A DNA stretch of 64,000 nucleotides from an uncultured Bacteroidales bacterium (GTDB lineage: Bacteria; Bacteroidota; Bacteroidia; Bacteroidales; Bacteroidaceae): positions 23,310-87,309 of the forward strand of contig CACZAN010000033.1 of NCBI GenBank assembly GCA_902779165.1, given 5' to 3'. The translations under genes and the position numbers were made by a program. The notes under the pieces are model-generated. The model searched no databases and had not been told where the DNA came from. It worked only from the letters and a program-made list of their open reading frames with translations. Shown piece after piece: positions 55,222 through 63,099 of this stretch; positions within the stretch are counted from its first letter, which is position 1; each line of letters begins with the position of its first letter.

Positions 55222-56004
55222 ATGTTTGAACAGGAAATAGAACGATACGAACGTGTCCGAAAAGACTACGAAGCACGTATCAAGGCGAAAATGTCACCCA
55301 CTGATTACATGGACTGGCATGAGGTGCTGTTCTCCACTCATTCTTGTGGAATAGAAGGCAATTCTTTCACCGTAGATGATACGCGTATTCTCAAGGAACA
55401 GGGGCTGGCAATGGTCCCTGTGGGCCACTCGTTGTTGGAGTGTACCGAGATGTCAGACCATTTCCGTGCCTTCCGTTATGTGACGACTCACCTTGATGCT
55501 CCTTTCGATGAGCATTTGCTTCGCGAGACAAACCGCTTGGTGACTGAGAATACGCTCTCTTACCGTGCACCTGGTGCCGTTCCCGGAGAATATACGAAGG
55601 AAGATATGGTGGCTGGAGATACGATCTTCGGCGATCACGAGCAGTTGGTTGCCCGGGTTCCTTCGTTGATGGCCTCTACTGCTGAGGCTCTCACTCAGGA
55701 TATTCATCCGATGATTATTGCCGCCCGTTTCCATGGATTCTTCGAATACCTGCATCCTTTCCGCGACGGCAACGGTCGCACAGGGCGCCTGATGAGCAAC
55801 TGGATTCTGTTGCGCGCTGGTCACCCTCTGGTAATTATCAATGTGAAAGACCGTGCTGCATACATCAATGCTCTCCGCCAGATTCGAGGCGAGGGCACAG
55901 ACGAATTCCTCATCTCCTTCTTCTTCCAAACTGCTATTAGCCGAATGGAGGAAGAACTTGCCCAAAAACGCAACAACACCAACCTCGGACTTTTCCTGTT
56001 CTGA
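55222..56004 (+). CDS. Fic-family AMPylase-type protein with an intramolecular inhibitory helix
   Basis: I trimmed the start to MFEQEIERYE. Canonical HPFRDGNGRTGR motif, plus an N-terminal SCGIEGN that matches the (S/T)xxxE(G/N) inhibitory motif. Confidence 0.8.
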   Translation: MFEQEIERYERVRKDYEARIKAKMSPTDYMDWHEVLFSTHSCGIEGNSFTVDDTRILKEQGLAMVPVGHSLLECTEMSDHFRAFRYVTTHLDAPFDEHLLRETNRLVTENTLSYRAPGAVPGEYTKEDMVAGDTIFGDHEQLVARVPSLMASTAEALTQDIHPMIIAARFHGFFEYLHPFRDGNGRTGRLMSNWILLRAGHPLVIINVKDRAAYINALRQIRGEGTDEFLISFFFQTAISRMEEELAQKRNNTNLGLFLF

Positions 56005-56034
56005 AGTTTATTGGAGAACCAAGTGGCTAATATG

Positions 56035-56073
56035 TTTACGCCCGCCCTCTGACTGCTGATGGGCGGGCGTAAA
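56035..56073. terminator. GC-rich hairpin between the convergent Fic gene and the CTD-remnant/OMP genes (candidate bidirectional terminator)
   Basis: tttacgcccgccc (13-nt loop) gggcgggcgtaaa forms a 13-bp stem. There is no clear U-tract. Confidence 0.45.
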
Positions 56074-56099
56074 TGTGAATAAAGGATTTCGATTGGAAT

Positions 56100-56246
56100 C
56101 TACTTCACAATAACTTTTCTTGTCGTACCGTTGCTCATTCGTATGAGGTTGAGACCACGAATAGGTTTTGAGATGCGCCTCCGCGTTGAATATTTGATAG
56201 CTGCCAGTTTCGAGCTTACGAAGAATATTAATTGGGTTATCTGCAT
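56100..56246 (-). pseudogene. Orphan remnant of a T9SS C-terminal sorting domain
   Basis: The frame ends ...RRRISKPIRGLNLIRMSNGTTRKVIVK-stop, the typical Prevotella por-secretion CTD ending. No upstream protein body is present, because the neighbouring gene stops at 56280. Confidence 0.5.
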
Positions 56247-56279
56247 TCAGGTTTTCAGCGTTTTTCGCTTCGCAAGGAT

Positions 56280-57374
56280 TCAGAAGCGGACGCAGAAGTT
56301 GAATTGCATGTCTGCTTCCTGATTGCGGATTTGCAGGTTGAGGTCATTGCTGTAGGCGTAGTGGCGGTAGTTCGCCAGGAAGGAGACGATGAAGCGGTTG
56401 AAGCTGTAGTTGACGGCAAAGCGGGCGAAGGCATTGACTCGGAAGCGGGCACTGCCGTTGTCGGCAGCGTTGTAGAAGGCATTCCATTGTTCTTCCGTAA
56501 GTCCCGAGGCGGCCTTGGCGGCAGCCTTCGCTTCTTCGTTCTGTTCTCTGGAGGTGAAGAACGTGCTGCTGTGGCCCACGCGGTGCTTCAAGTGATTGTA
56601 GATGGAGAACATAGGCACCACGGAGGCGTGGAACACCAGCCGCCCCTGTAGGAACGAAAGGTTGTAGGCGTAGCCCAAGCCGAGGGAGACCTGGTTGGTG
56701 CGGAAACTGTCGTAATTGGCGGGAAAGAGGTCTTTCAGGTTGTAGCTGCTGTGGTAGTAGTTGAGGTAGATGAGCGGGCTGCCGGCAGAGCGGCGCTGCA
56801 CCATGTCGGCGTAGAGCCCTGCAGAGAGCGAGAACTTTTTGTGCATCAGTACATAATATCCTTCGATGAAGAAGATATTGATGTTGTTTTTGTCGTTGTT
56901 GAGCGATAGGTCGCCGAGGTTGCAGTTGCCGTCCATCTGGCGCAGGTGCTTATATCGGAAGCGCGCTCCCCAGATACTTCCGTTCTTTGCGAGCCCCAAG
57001 CTGTAGCGGTAGTTGTTGTAGATTGGAATCGGCAGTTCCAGGGCGAGGCCTTTCCAGTCGAGTCCCAGCTCAATCTCGCCCTGCCAGGTGTAGGCGTTGA
57101 GCCTGTAGTGGTCCTTGTCTTTGATTCCGGGTAAGATGGTGGAGGCGTCTTCCATGAAGAACGGCATATTCATCTGGTAGCCTTGCCAGTAGGTGTAGGA
57201 ACCGATGTACACCTGATGGTTGAGTTTTGGCAGTTGCACGTAGTTTGTGTCGATTCCCATCAACTGGCTTCGTAACAGCCAGTTGTCGAATTTCTTCCAC
57301 GCGCGTGCAATTCCACTTTCGGCAGCCACCGACAGGGGCACCAACAGACATAGTATGATGAATAGTTTCTTCAA
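56280..57374 (-). CDS. Hypothetical outer-membrane beta-barrel protein (possibly DUF4421-like)
   Basis: Signal peptide MKKLFIILCLLVPLSVAA, beta-barrel-like pattern and a C-terminal ...FCVRF. Confidence 0.5.
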   Translation of the reverse strand: MKKLFIILCLLVPLSVAAESGIARAWKKFDNWLLRSQLMGIDTNYVQLPKLNHQVYIGSYTYWQGYQMNMPFFMEDASTILPGIKDKDHYRLNAYTWQGEIELGLDWKGLALELPIPIYNNYRYSLGLAKNGSIWGARFRYKHLRQMDGNCNLGDLSLNNDKNNINIFFIEGYYVLMHKKFSLSAGLYADMVQRRSAGSPLIYLNYYHSSYNLKDLFPANYDSFRTNQVSLGLGYAYNLSFLQGRLVFHASVVPMFSIYNHLKHRVGHSSTFFTSREQNEEAKAAAKAASGLTEEQWNAFYNAADNGSARFRVNAFARFAVNYSFNRFIVSFLANYRHYAYSNDLNLQIRNQEADMQFNFCVRF

Positions 57375-57397
57375 TGTGCGATGAACTGCTTTCTCAA

Positions 57398-58474
57398 TTA
57401 CTGCTTCAGGTTTGAGAAAATCTTATCGTGGCCGGCAGAGTCGCAAATGAAGTACACTTGCAACTCAGGATGGCGCCCGAGCACTTCGCGCGCACCATCC
57501 AAGCCGAGCACCATGAAACTGGTGGCGAAGGCGTCTGCTTCGGCACAGGTGGGCGCGAGCACGGTGGCCGAAAGGATGTTGTGCTGAATGGGATAACCCG
57601 TAGCCGGGTTGATGGTGTGAGCGACGCGCCGCCCATCGTCCGTCACGTAGAAGTTGCGGTAGTTGCCGCTGGTGGCGAGGGCTCCCTCGCTGAGGGTCAG
57701 CACGGTGTCGAGTGCAGTGCTCTGGCTGGTGGGGTCGTCGGTGGGACGGCTGACGCCCACGTGCCATTTTTGTCCCTGCGGGTTCTCGCCGCTGACGACG
57801 ACTTCTCCGCCGATCTCTACCATATAATTAAGGATTCCGCGCGCGCGCAGGAAGCGTGCCACCTGATCAACTCCGAAGCCTTTGGCCACGGCGCCGCAGT
57901 CGAGGACGGTGCGCGGGTCGTCGCGCACGAGGCGGTCGTCGTCCGTGAGGCTGACGTGGTGGAAGCCTACGAACTGCCGCAGCGAATCGACGGTGGCACT
58001 GTCGGGCAGTGCGCCGTTCTTATATCCGAAGCCCCAAGCGTTCACCAGCGGTGCCACGGTGATGTCGAAGGCTCCTCCAGTGGCCTCGCTGACCTGTTGC
58101 GAGAGGCGGAAGACCTCGCGGAAGAGCTGGTCGGTGCTGTCGGTAGCGCCGCTGTTCAGCCGGCGCAGGGTGCTTTGTGGGTTGAACATCGAGAGGCTCT
58201 CGTCGACCTTCTGCAGCTCGGCGCGCAGCGAGTCGTGGAGGTCTTCTGGCGACTGGTAGGTGAAGTGGTAGAAGGTGCCGAATACGGCGCCCTCGTTCTT
58301 CTGGTAGGGCGCGGGGTTGTTGTGGCGGGTGACGACGAGGTAGCTGCCAATGACCAGGAAGGCGAGGACGGGCAGATGCCAGCGGCGCCACTGCGAACGC
58401 GGAGCCTGATCCTTCGGCGACAGCGGCTGAAAGTCGGCGTCCACTTTTTCTATGGGGTTAAGAGGGTCGTTCAA
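57398..58474 (-). CDS. apbE: FAD:protein FMN transferase
   Basis: ApbE family along its full length (GGAFDITVAPL, LATSGNYRNF). The TTG start at 58474 lies in a microsatellite and is uncertain. Confidence 0.8.
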   Translation of the reverse strand: MNDPLNPIEKVDADFQPLSPKDQAPRSQWRRWHLPVLAFLVIGSYLVVTRHNNPAPYQKNEGAVFGTFYHFTYQSPEDLHDSLRAELQKVDESLSMFNPQSTLRRLNSGATDSTDQLFREVFRLSQQVSEATGGAFDITVAPLVNAWGFGYKNGALPDSATVDSLRQFVGFHHVSLTDDDRLVRDDPRTVLDCGAVAKGFGVDQVARFLRARGILNYMVEIGGEVVVSGENPQGQKWHVGVSRPTDDPTSQSTALDTVLTLSEGALATSGNYRNFYVTDDGRRVAHTINPATGYPIQHNILSATVLAPTCAEADAFATSFMVLGLDGAREVLGRHPELQVYFICDSAGHDKIFSNLKQ

Positions 58475-58475
58475 T

Positions 58476-58512
58476 TTTACGATTTTACGATTATACGATT
58501 TATGATTTCGAA
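58476..58512. repeat. AT-rich 7-8 bp microsatellite (TTTTACGA-type) between the OMP stop and the apbE start
   Basis: The sequence is attttacgattttacgattatacgatttatgatttcgaa. Confidence 0.7.
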
Positions 58513-59385
58513 TTATATATCAAACATGAGTTTGAATGTTCCGCCCCAGCCAAGGCCGTCGGGTCGTTTACCAATTCCAGGAATATACCATGGTTCGCCG
58601 ACCTCGTTGGCATTCTGCTTGATGAGGAGCTTGAAGCGGATATCCCACCCCAGTCGGATGATGCTCCACAGGCGGGTCTCCATTCCCAATACGATTTCCG
58701 CCCAGTGTGCGCTGCCGTTAAGTCCTTCGAGATTAAAGTCTTGCGTCATCTTCCATATAGGGTCTTTGATTGGGGTGGGAGAGGTGAGGTCGTATTTGTA
58801 GGCCGAGAATCCATAGCGCAGTCCGACGAAGATGCGGTTGCCGTCGGGGTGCTTGGCGCCTCGGATATTATAGTCGCAGCCGATGCGGAAATATGGTGCC
58901 CTGACTCGGAAGCGGTTGTCGAGGTCGCTTCCTTCGTGGTCTGCCTCGCCCAGTCCGAGTTCGAAGACGGGGAAGATCTGCTCAAGGATATTCGCGCGCG
59001 CCAGCACCTCCATCTGCGACCAGTCGGAGCCGGCGACTTTCTGTATGAGTCCTACGAGATCCACGCCAACTCCGAATCCATTGATAAAGTGCACCTTGCG
59101 TTTCTCCTTCTTGCCGAGTGCGGTGGCGAGAGCGTCTGTGGCGTCGGCAATGGAGGCACTGTCGACCACGATGACGGTGGTGTCGGTTGTGGCCACGTCG
59201 AGGGGCTGGGCTTCGAGGGGCTGGGCTTCGAGGGGGGCTTCGAGGGGCAGGGCGGATTCGGCGGCAAAACCGCCGAACACACTGCCGGCCGCGAGCGAGG
59301 CAGGCAGCAGCGCCAGCACGACGGCCGTCAGCAGCCAGTTACTCACCCGTGCGGAAATATATCTGGAAATTCTCGAGGCCATCAT
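58513..59385 (-). CDS. Hypothetical outer-membrane beta-barrel protein (possibly DUF6048-like) with an in-frame 15-bp tandem repeat
   Basis: Signal sequence and a C-terminal ...GGTFKLMFDI. The LEAPLEAQPLEAQPL repeat is encoded at about 59198-59252. Confidence 0.5.
   Translation of the reverse strand: MMASRISRYISARVSNWLLTAVVLALLPASLAAGSVFGGFAAESALPLEAPLEAQPLEAQPLDVATTDTTVIVVDSASIADATDALATALGKKEKRKVHFINGFGVGVDLVGLIQKVAGSDWSQMEVLARANILEQIFPVFELGLGEADHEGSDLDNRFRVRAPYFRIGCDYNIRGAKHPDGNRIFVGLRYGFSAYKYDLTSPTPIKDPIWKMTQDFNLEGLNGSAHWAEIVLGMETRLWSIIRLGWDIRFKLLIKQNANEVGEPWYIPGIGKRPDGLGWGGTFKLMFDI
59198..59252. repeat. In-frame 15-bp tandem repeat in the OMP gene
   Basis: tcgaggggctgggct occurs twice and is followed by two degenerate units. 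Confidence 0.75.
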
Positions 59386-59902
59386 AATTGATATCGGGGT
59401 TGGTGACGAGGACGGTGTCTATGAGGTTGTGGCTGGAGCGCAAAGCGGTCACTTCGTGCCACATGTGAACGGGGCACGAGGGGTCGTCCCAGTGGTGCCG
59501 GTTGCGCTTGGTGATCCAAATGGTGTCGCGTGCCGTACGGCTGAGGGTGTCGGTGAACGCGAGTTCTATGGCGTCTTCGTCGAGGTAGAAACTGACGGGC
59601 AGCTTCATGTCGCTTTTGTTGGTTTGGCGGTTGAGGATCACGCTGTCAGCGCCCAGCAGGGTCACTGTCAGTGTGTCGCCGATGCCAATCGCGGTGCCCG
59701 TCACGAGTTCACCCTTGCTGTCGTAACTTGCGGCGTAGAATCCATATTTACTCTCCACCGTGTTGTTCAGCGGGCAGGTGACGCTTTCGCAAGAAAGGAA
59801 GAATATTGAAAATTGAAATATTGAAATATTGAAAATTAAGAGATAGAAAATTGAAAATTTGTGAGCTGCGCGTAGCAACTTGGCGTAAATAGTTGTCCTC
59901 AT
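59339..59902 (-). CDS. Hypothetical lipoprotein (possibly DUF6452-like); signal-peptide h-region encoded by a heptamer microsatellite
   Basis: FSIFYLLIFNISIFQFSIFFLSC (lipobox) is translated from the (TTGAAAA/TATTGAA)n array. It overlaps the downstream OMP gene by 47 nt. Confidence 0.55.
   Translation of the reverse strand: MRTTIYAKLLRAAHKFSIFYLLIFNISIFQFSIFFLSCESVTCPLNNTVESKYGFYAASYDSKGELVTGTAIGIGDTLTVTLLGADSVILNRQTNKSDMKLPVSFYLDEDAIELAFTDTLSRTARDTIWITKRNRHHWDDPSCPVHMWHEVTALRSSHNLIDTVLVTNPDINYDGLENFQIYFRTGE
59803..59862. repeat. Heptamer/octamer array (TTGAAAA / TATTGAAA), left arm flanking the four-helix-bundle gene
   Basis: The sequence is aatattgaaaattgaaatattgaaatattgaaaattaag...gaaaattgaaaatttg. 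Coordinates are +/-1. Confidence 0.8.
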
Positions 59903-59905
59903 AGC

Positions 59906-60280
59906 TTATTCCTCCATATGATTGTCATCGGCGTTTTTACAACTTTTGATAATATTTGTTAGGACAGCCGTAATGTATTTGTTGTCTGACACTAAAGAAT
60001 CATATGACTCTTGATTCAGATAGTCTGTAAGGAACAGTAATTCAAGCCAATAGTCTGTCTCATCCGATTCCTTGAGGGCAATATTCAATTTATTGATGAA
60101 ATCCGCTTTGCTTTGGGCATTACGGCTTTCACGAACGTTAGCCCCTATACTCGTTCCACTTTTCAGTATTTGCCGTGATAACACAAATTCATGATGTTTA
60201 TCTTGCAAAAACTGCGAGAGGCGAACGATGCGGACTGCAAACGTTTTGCTTAAATCATGTATGAGGTTATTGTTTTTCAA
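59906..60280 (-). CDS. Four-helix-bundle protein (23S rRNA intervening-sequence protein family)
   Basis: A 124-aa helical protein with the family hallmarks ...ILKSGTSIGANVRES...DFINKLNIALKESDETDYWLELL. It uses a TTG start. Confidence 0.8.
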   Translation of the reverse strand: MKNNNLIHDLSKTFAVRIVRLSQFLQDKHHEFVLSRQILKSGTSIGANVRESRNAQSKADFINKLNIALKESDETDYWLELLFLTDYLNQESYDSLVSDNKYITAVLTNIIKSCKNADDNHMEE

Positions 60281-60284
60281 TTCC

Positions 60285-60328
60285 TATTTTTCAATTTTCA
60301 ATTTTCAATATTTCAATTTTCAATTTTA
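60285..60328. repeat. Heptamer array (TTTTCAA), right arm, inverted relative to 59803-59862
   Basis: The sequence is tatttttcaattttcaattttcaatatttcaattttcaatttta. It fills the GT2 to four-helix-bundle spacer. Confidence 0.8.
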
Positions 60329-61402
60329 TATCTCTTTCTTTATTTGATACTCATTCCTCTGGTTCGAATTGCGACTTATAAGATCTCCCACGAAGCCGGC
60401 GAGGAAGAACTGGGTGCCCAGCAACATCATCGTAAGGGAGATATAGAAGTAGGGCGAATCGGTGACCAGACGTTGTGGAATGCCGCGCGAGAGGGCGTAG
60501 AGTTTGGTGGCTCCCACCACGATAGCGGCGATGAGACCCAGCAGGAACATCAGCGTGCCGCCCAGACCGAAGACGTGCATCGGTTTCTGTCCGAAACGCG
60601 AGAGGAACCACAGTGTCATCAGGTCGAGGTAGCCGTTGACGAAGCGGTCGAGGCCGAACTTCGTCGTGCCGTACTTGCGGGCCTGGTGGTGCACCACCTT
60701 CTCTCCGATTTTCGTGAATCCGGCGTTCTTCGCCAGGTAGGGGATATAGCGGTGCATTTCGCCGTAGACCTCGATGTTCTTCACCACGTCGCGGCGGTAG
60801 GCCTTTAGTCCGCAGTTGAAGTCATGGAGGTTATGTATTCCGCTGACCTTGCGGGCGGTGGCGTTGAAGAGTTTGGTGGGCAGTGTCTTCGATAGCGGGT
60901 CGTAGCGCTTCTGTTTCCAACCGCTAACGAGATCATAGCCGTCTTCCACAATCATCCGGCGCAGTTCGGGAATCTCGTCGGGCGAGTCCTGTAGGTCGGC
61001 ATCCATGGTGATGACCACGTCGCCTTGGGCGCGCTTGAAACCGCAGTAGAGGGCGGGGCTCTTGCCGTAGTTGCGGCGGAAGCAGATGCCCTTCACCTCG
61101 GGGTTGCTGGCGGCCAGTTCTTCGATGACCTGCCAGGAGCGGTCGGTGCTGCCGTCGTTGACGAAGATGATTTCATAGGTAAAGCCGTGCTCCGTCATCA
61201 CGCGCTTGATCCACGCGTGCAGTTCCGGCAGCGATTCGTCCTCGTTGAAGAGGGGCACGACCACCGAAATGTCGAGGGAAGAAGAGCCTTCCCCCGCATT
61301 GAGGGCAGACCCACCCCCCGCATTGAGGGCAGACCCACCCCCCGCCCTCCCTGTAAGGGAGGGAGCGGTATCTTGTACTGTTTGAGTTTCAAATAGGTCC
61401 AT
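60326..61402 (-). CDS. Family 2 glycosyltransferase (polyprenyl-phosphate sugar transferase, GtrB/DPM1-like) with a repeat-derived N-terminal extension
   Basis: VVVPLFNEDESL, DADLQD and two C-terminal TM helices. The first ~45 codons (..APSLTGRAGGGSALNAGGGSALNAGEGSS) derive from a GC-hairpin arm plus a 24-bp tandem duplication. Confidence 0.85.
   Translation of the reverse strand: MDLFETQTVQDTAPSLTGRAGGGSALNAGGGSALNAGEGSSSLDISVVVPLFNEDESLPELHAWIKRVMTEHGFTYEIIFVNDGSTDRSWQVIEELAASNPEVKGICFRRNYGKSPALYCGFKRAQGDVVITMDADLQDSPDEIPELRRMIVEDGYDLVSGWKQKRYDPLSKTLPTKLFNATARKVSGIHNLHDFNCGLKAYRRDVVKNIEVYGEMHRYIPYLAKNAGFTKIGEKVVHHQARKYGTTKFGLDRFVNGYLDLMTLWFLSRFGQKPMHVFGLGGTLMFLLGLIAAIVVGATKLYALSRGIPQRLVTDSPYFYISLTMMLLGTQFFLAGFVGDLISRNSNQRNEYQIKKEI
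61291..61368. repeat. Solo GC-hairpin arm preceded by a perfect 24-bp tandem duplication, inside the GT2 coding region
   Basis: cccccgcattgagggcagacccac occurs twice (61291-61338), followed by cccccgccctccctgtaagggagggagcgg. Confidence 0.8.
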
Positions 61403-61467
61403 ATATTTCGGATTTATGAATTTTCAATTTTTAATTATCAATGGGGCTAATGGGGCATTTATTTTTT

Positions 61468-61650
61468 GAAGTTTCGCAAGTGATGCCGTAGGCATCTGAC
61501 AATGGTAGCCAGCCATTTCAATGGCTGGTAATGAGGATGTTGACGGATAGCGTGCCGTAGGTACTACCAGCCGTTGAAACGGCTGGCTACCATTGTCACG
61601 CCCCGCTGGGGCTTTGTATTACAGCTTGTTAGCATACTATCGAAACTTGA
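61468..61650 (+). mobile_element. MITE-like element, family 2, copy C
   Basis: Same consensus as copy A. It lies immediately left of the DUF4199-like gene. Confidence 0.8.
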
Positions 61651-61665
61651 GTTTTTTTATTTTTT

Positions 61666-62250
61666 TTAATTTTTTAATTGTCCCCCTTCCCTCTCTCTTC
61701 CCATCAGGGCCGTGGGCACTGCGCAGATGGTGGCGAGGAGGACGTTCCAGAAGAGGAACTGCATAGCGAGGAGGGAGGGTGGGGTGGAGGAGAAGGCGGC
61801 CAAGGCCTCGTTGGCTACCGCCAGCGAATCCTGGCCCCGCAGCATCTTAGAAAGCAAATCCTGCACTTCGGGCTGCTGCAGCAGGTCGGTGTAGACGCGC
61901 ACGACATACCCCTCGTCGAAGTAGGCGAAATAGACGTACTGCGCTGCCGTGCAGATCAGTGCGGCCGCGAGAAACATCAAATATGCCATGTTCCAGGCGC
62001 GGCGCAGGGGCAGCGGACCTATGTTATCGCGGAAGCCGCGCAGCAGCCGGATACCTAAGGGCAGCGAGCAGAATCCTGCCAGCAGGCCCAGATTGCCTGC
62101 CAGCGGAGAGCGCAAGCCGTAGATCGTCAGTCCGAAACTGAGCACCCACAGCAGTCCCACCCAAAGGCCGTAGTAGCCTGCGTAGGCCCGCGTTTGCTGC
62201 GCCGGAGTCGCCTCACGTTGCGGAGTGGAATTTTTGTCGTAATCTGCCAT
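61666..62250 (-). CDS. DUF4199-like small membrane protein
   Basis: Four predicted TM segments in 194 aa. It is flanked on both sides by copies of the 190-bp MITE-like element. Confidence 0.5.
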   Translation of the reverse strand: MADYDKNSTPQREATPAQQTRAYAGYYGLWVGLLWVLSFGLTIYGLRSPLAGNLGLLAGFCSLPLGIRLLRGFRDNIGPLPLRRAWNMAYLMFLAAALICTAAQYVYFAYFDEGYVVRVYTDLLQQPEVQDLLSKMLRGQDSLAVANEALAAFSSTPPSLLAMQFLFWNVLLATICAVPTALMGREREGGQLKN

Positions 62251-62359
62251 ATATAATTTTGCCGTAATCTGTTAAATGTGACTTTGTCGTACTGCGCCAA
62301 ATGCAACTTGGTCATCATGCGTCAAATGTAACTTTGCCGTACTGTGCCAAATAATTAAT

Positions 62360-62549
62360 TCAAGTTTCGCTTGTGATGCCGTAGGCATCAGACAATGGTA
62401 GCCAGCCATTTCAATGGCTGGTAATGAGGATGTTGAAGGATAGCGTGCCGTAGGTACGCGACAGGGATTTGATTAAAATGGCTGGCTACCCTTGTCACGC
62501 CCCGCTGGGGCTTTGTATTACAACTTGTTAGCATACTTGCAAAACTTGA
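62360..62549 (+). mobile_element. MITE-like element, family 2, copy D
   Basis: Same consensus as copy A. It lies immediately right of the DUF4199-like gene and underlies the spurious ORF 62388..62837. Confidence 0.8.
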
Positions 62550-62702
62550 GTAATTAAAGGTTCGGGCGCGAACATATATTATTATTTGCGCACGCGCCCT
62601 CGCGCGAATCGGCCGCAAAGGTACTGCTTTTTCGCTGAACAGCCAAGGAAAACGCCCAAAACTTACGGTCGTCCCCGCCGCAACGACTCTTTTTTCCCTC
62701 CG

Positions 62703-62803
62703 CGACGTCCTTTCGTGGTGCGAAAGATGCATTGATGTGAGCGACGAGGTATATAGTTGTCCCGGCAGAAATGTCCTTTCGTTCTTGGCGAGAAGTATAT
62801 ACG
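62703..62803 (+). repeat. Third, diverged patch of the iteron-like sequence family
   Basis: acgtcctttcgtggtgcgaaagatg, gagcgacgaggtatatag and gcgagaagtatatacg resemble units of the 8855-9014 array. Confidence 0.45.
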
Positions 62804-62841
62804 AAAAAATCACGATAAAAATGAGACTTTTTTTCAAAGAA

Positions 62842-62882
62842 TATATATTATATATTTAATTTAATTAAATATATAATATATA
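62842..62882. repeat. Perfect 41-bp A/T-only palindrome (20-bp arms, 1-nt centre)
   Basis: I checked tatatattatatatttaatt-t-aattaaatatataatatata pairwise base by base. Confidence 0.9.
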
Positions 62883-62969
62883 ATTTATGGAAATTATTTT
62901 TTTCATATGTTTTTCCACGAAAAAACATTCAAAAAGCCAAAAAGACTTGTGGGTTCCAAAAATTTTTTG

Positions 62970-62977
62970 TACCTTTG
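62970..62977 (+). promoter_or_regulatory. -7 box upstream of the partial ORF at 63100
   Basis: tacctttg lies in an A-rich region 123 nt upstream of the ATG. Confidence 0.4.
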
Positions 62978-63099
62978 CACCGAAAAAGTAACGAATAACC
63001 CTAAAAACCCATCAAAAATGACCAAAAACAAGCAAAAAAACAACATCTAACCAATTAAGAACCAATTAAAAAGGCGAAAGCCGATAAGAAAAATAAAAT

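Noticed and set aside
59750-60010. Apparent 1-nt discrepancies between the displayed sequence and the ORF-track translations near 59760 and 60000
   Set aside because: I attribute these to my own hand-counting or reading error at line boundaries, not to real frameshifts. I took CDS coordinates from the ORF track. Repeat coordinates in this stretch are given as +/-1 nt.
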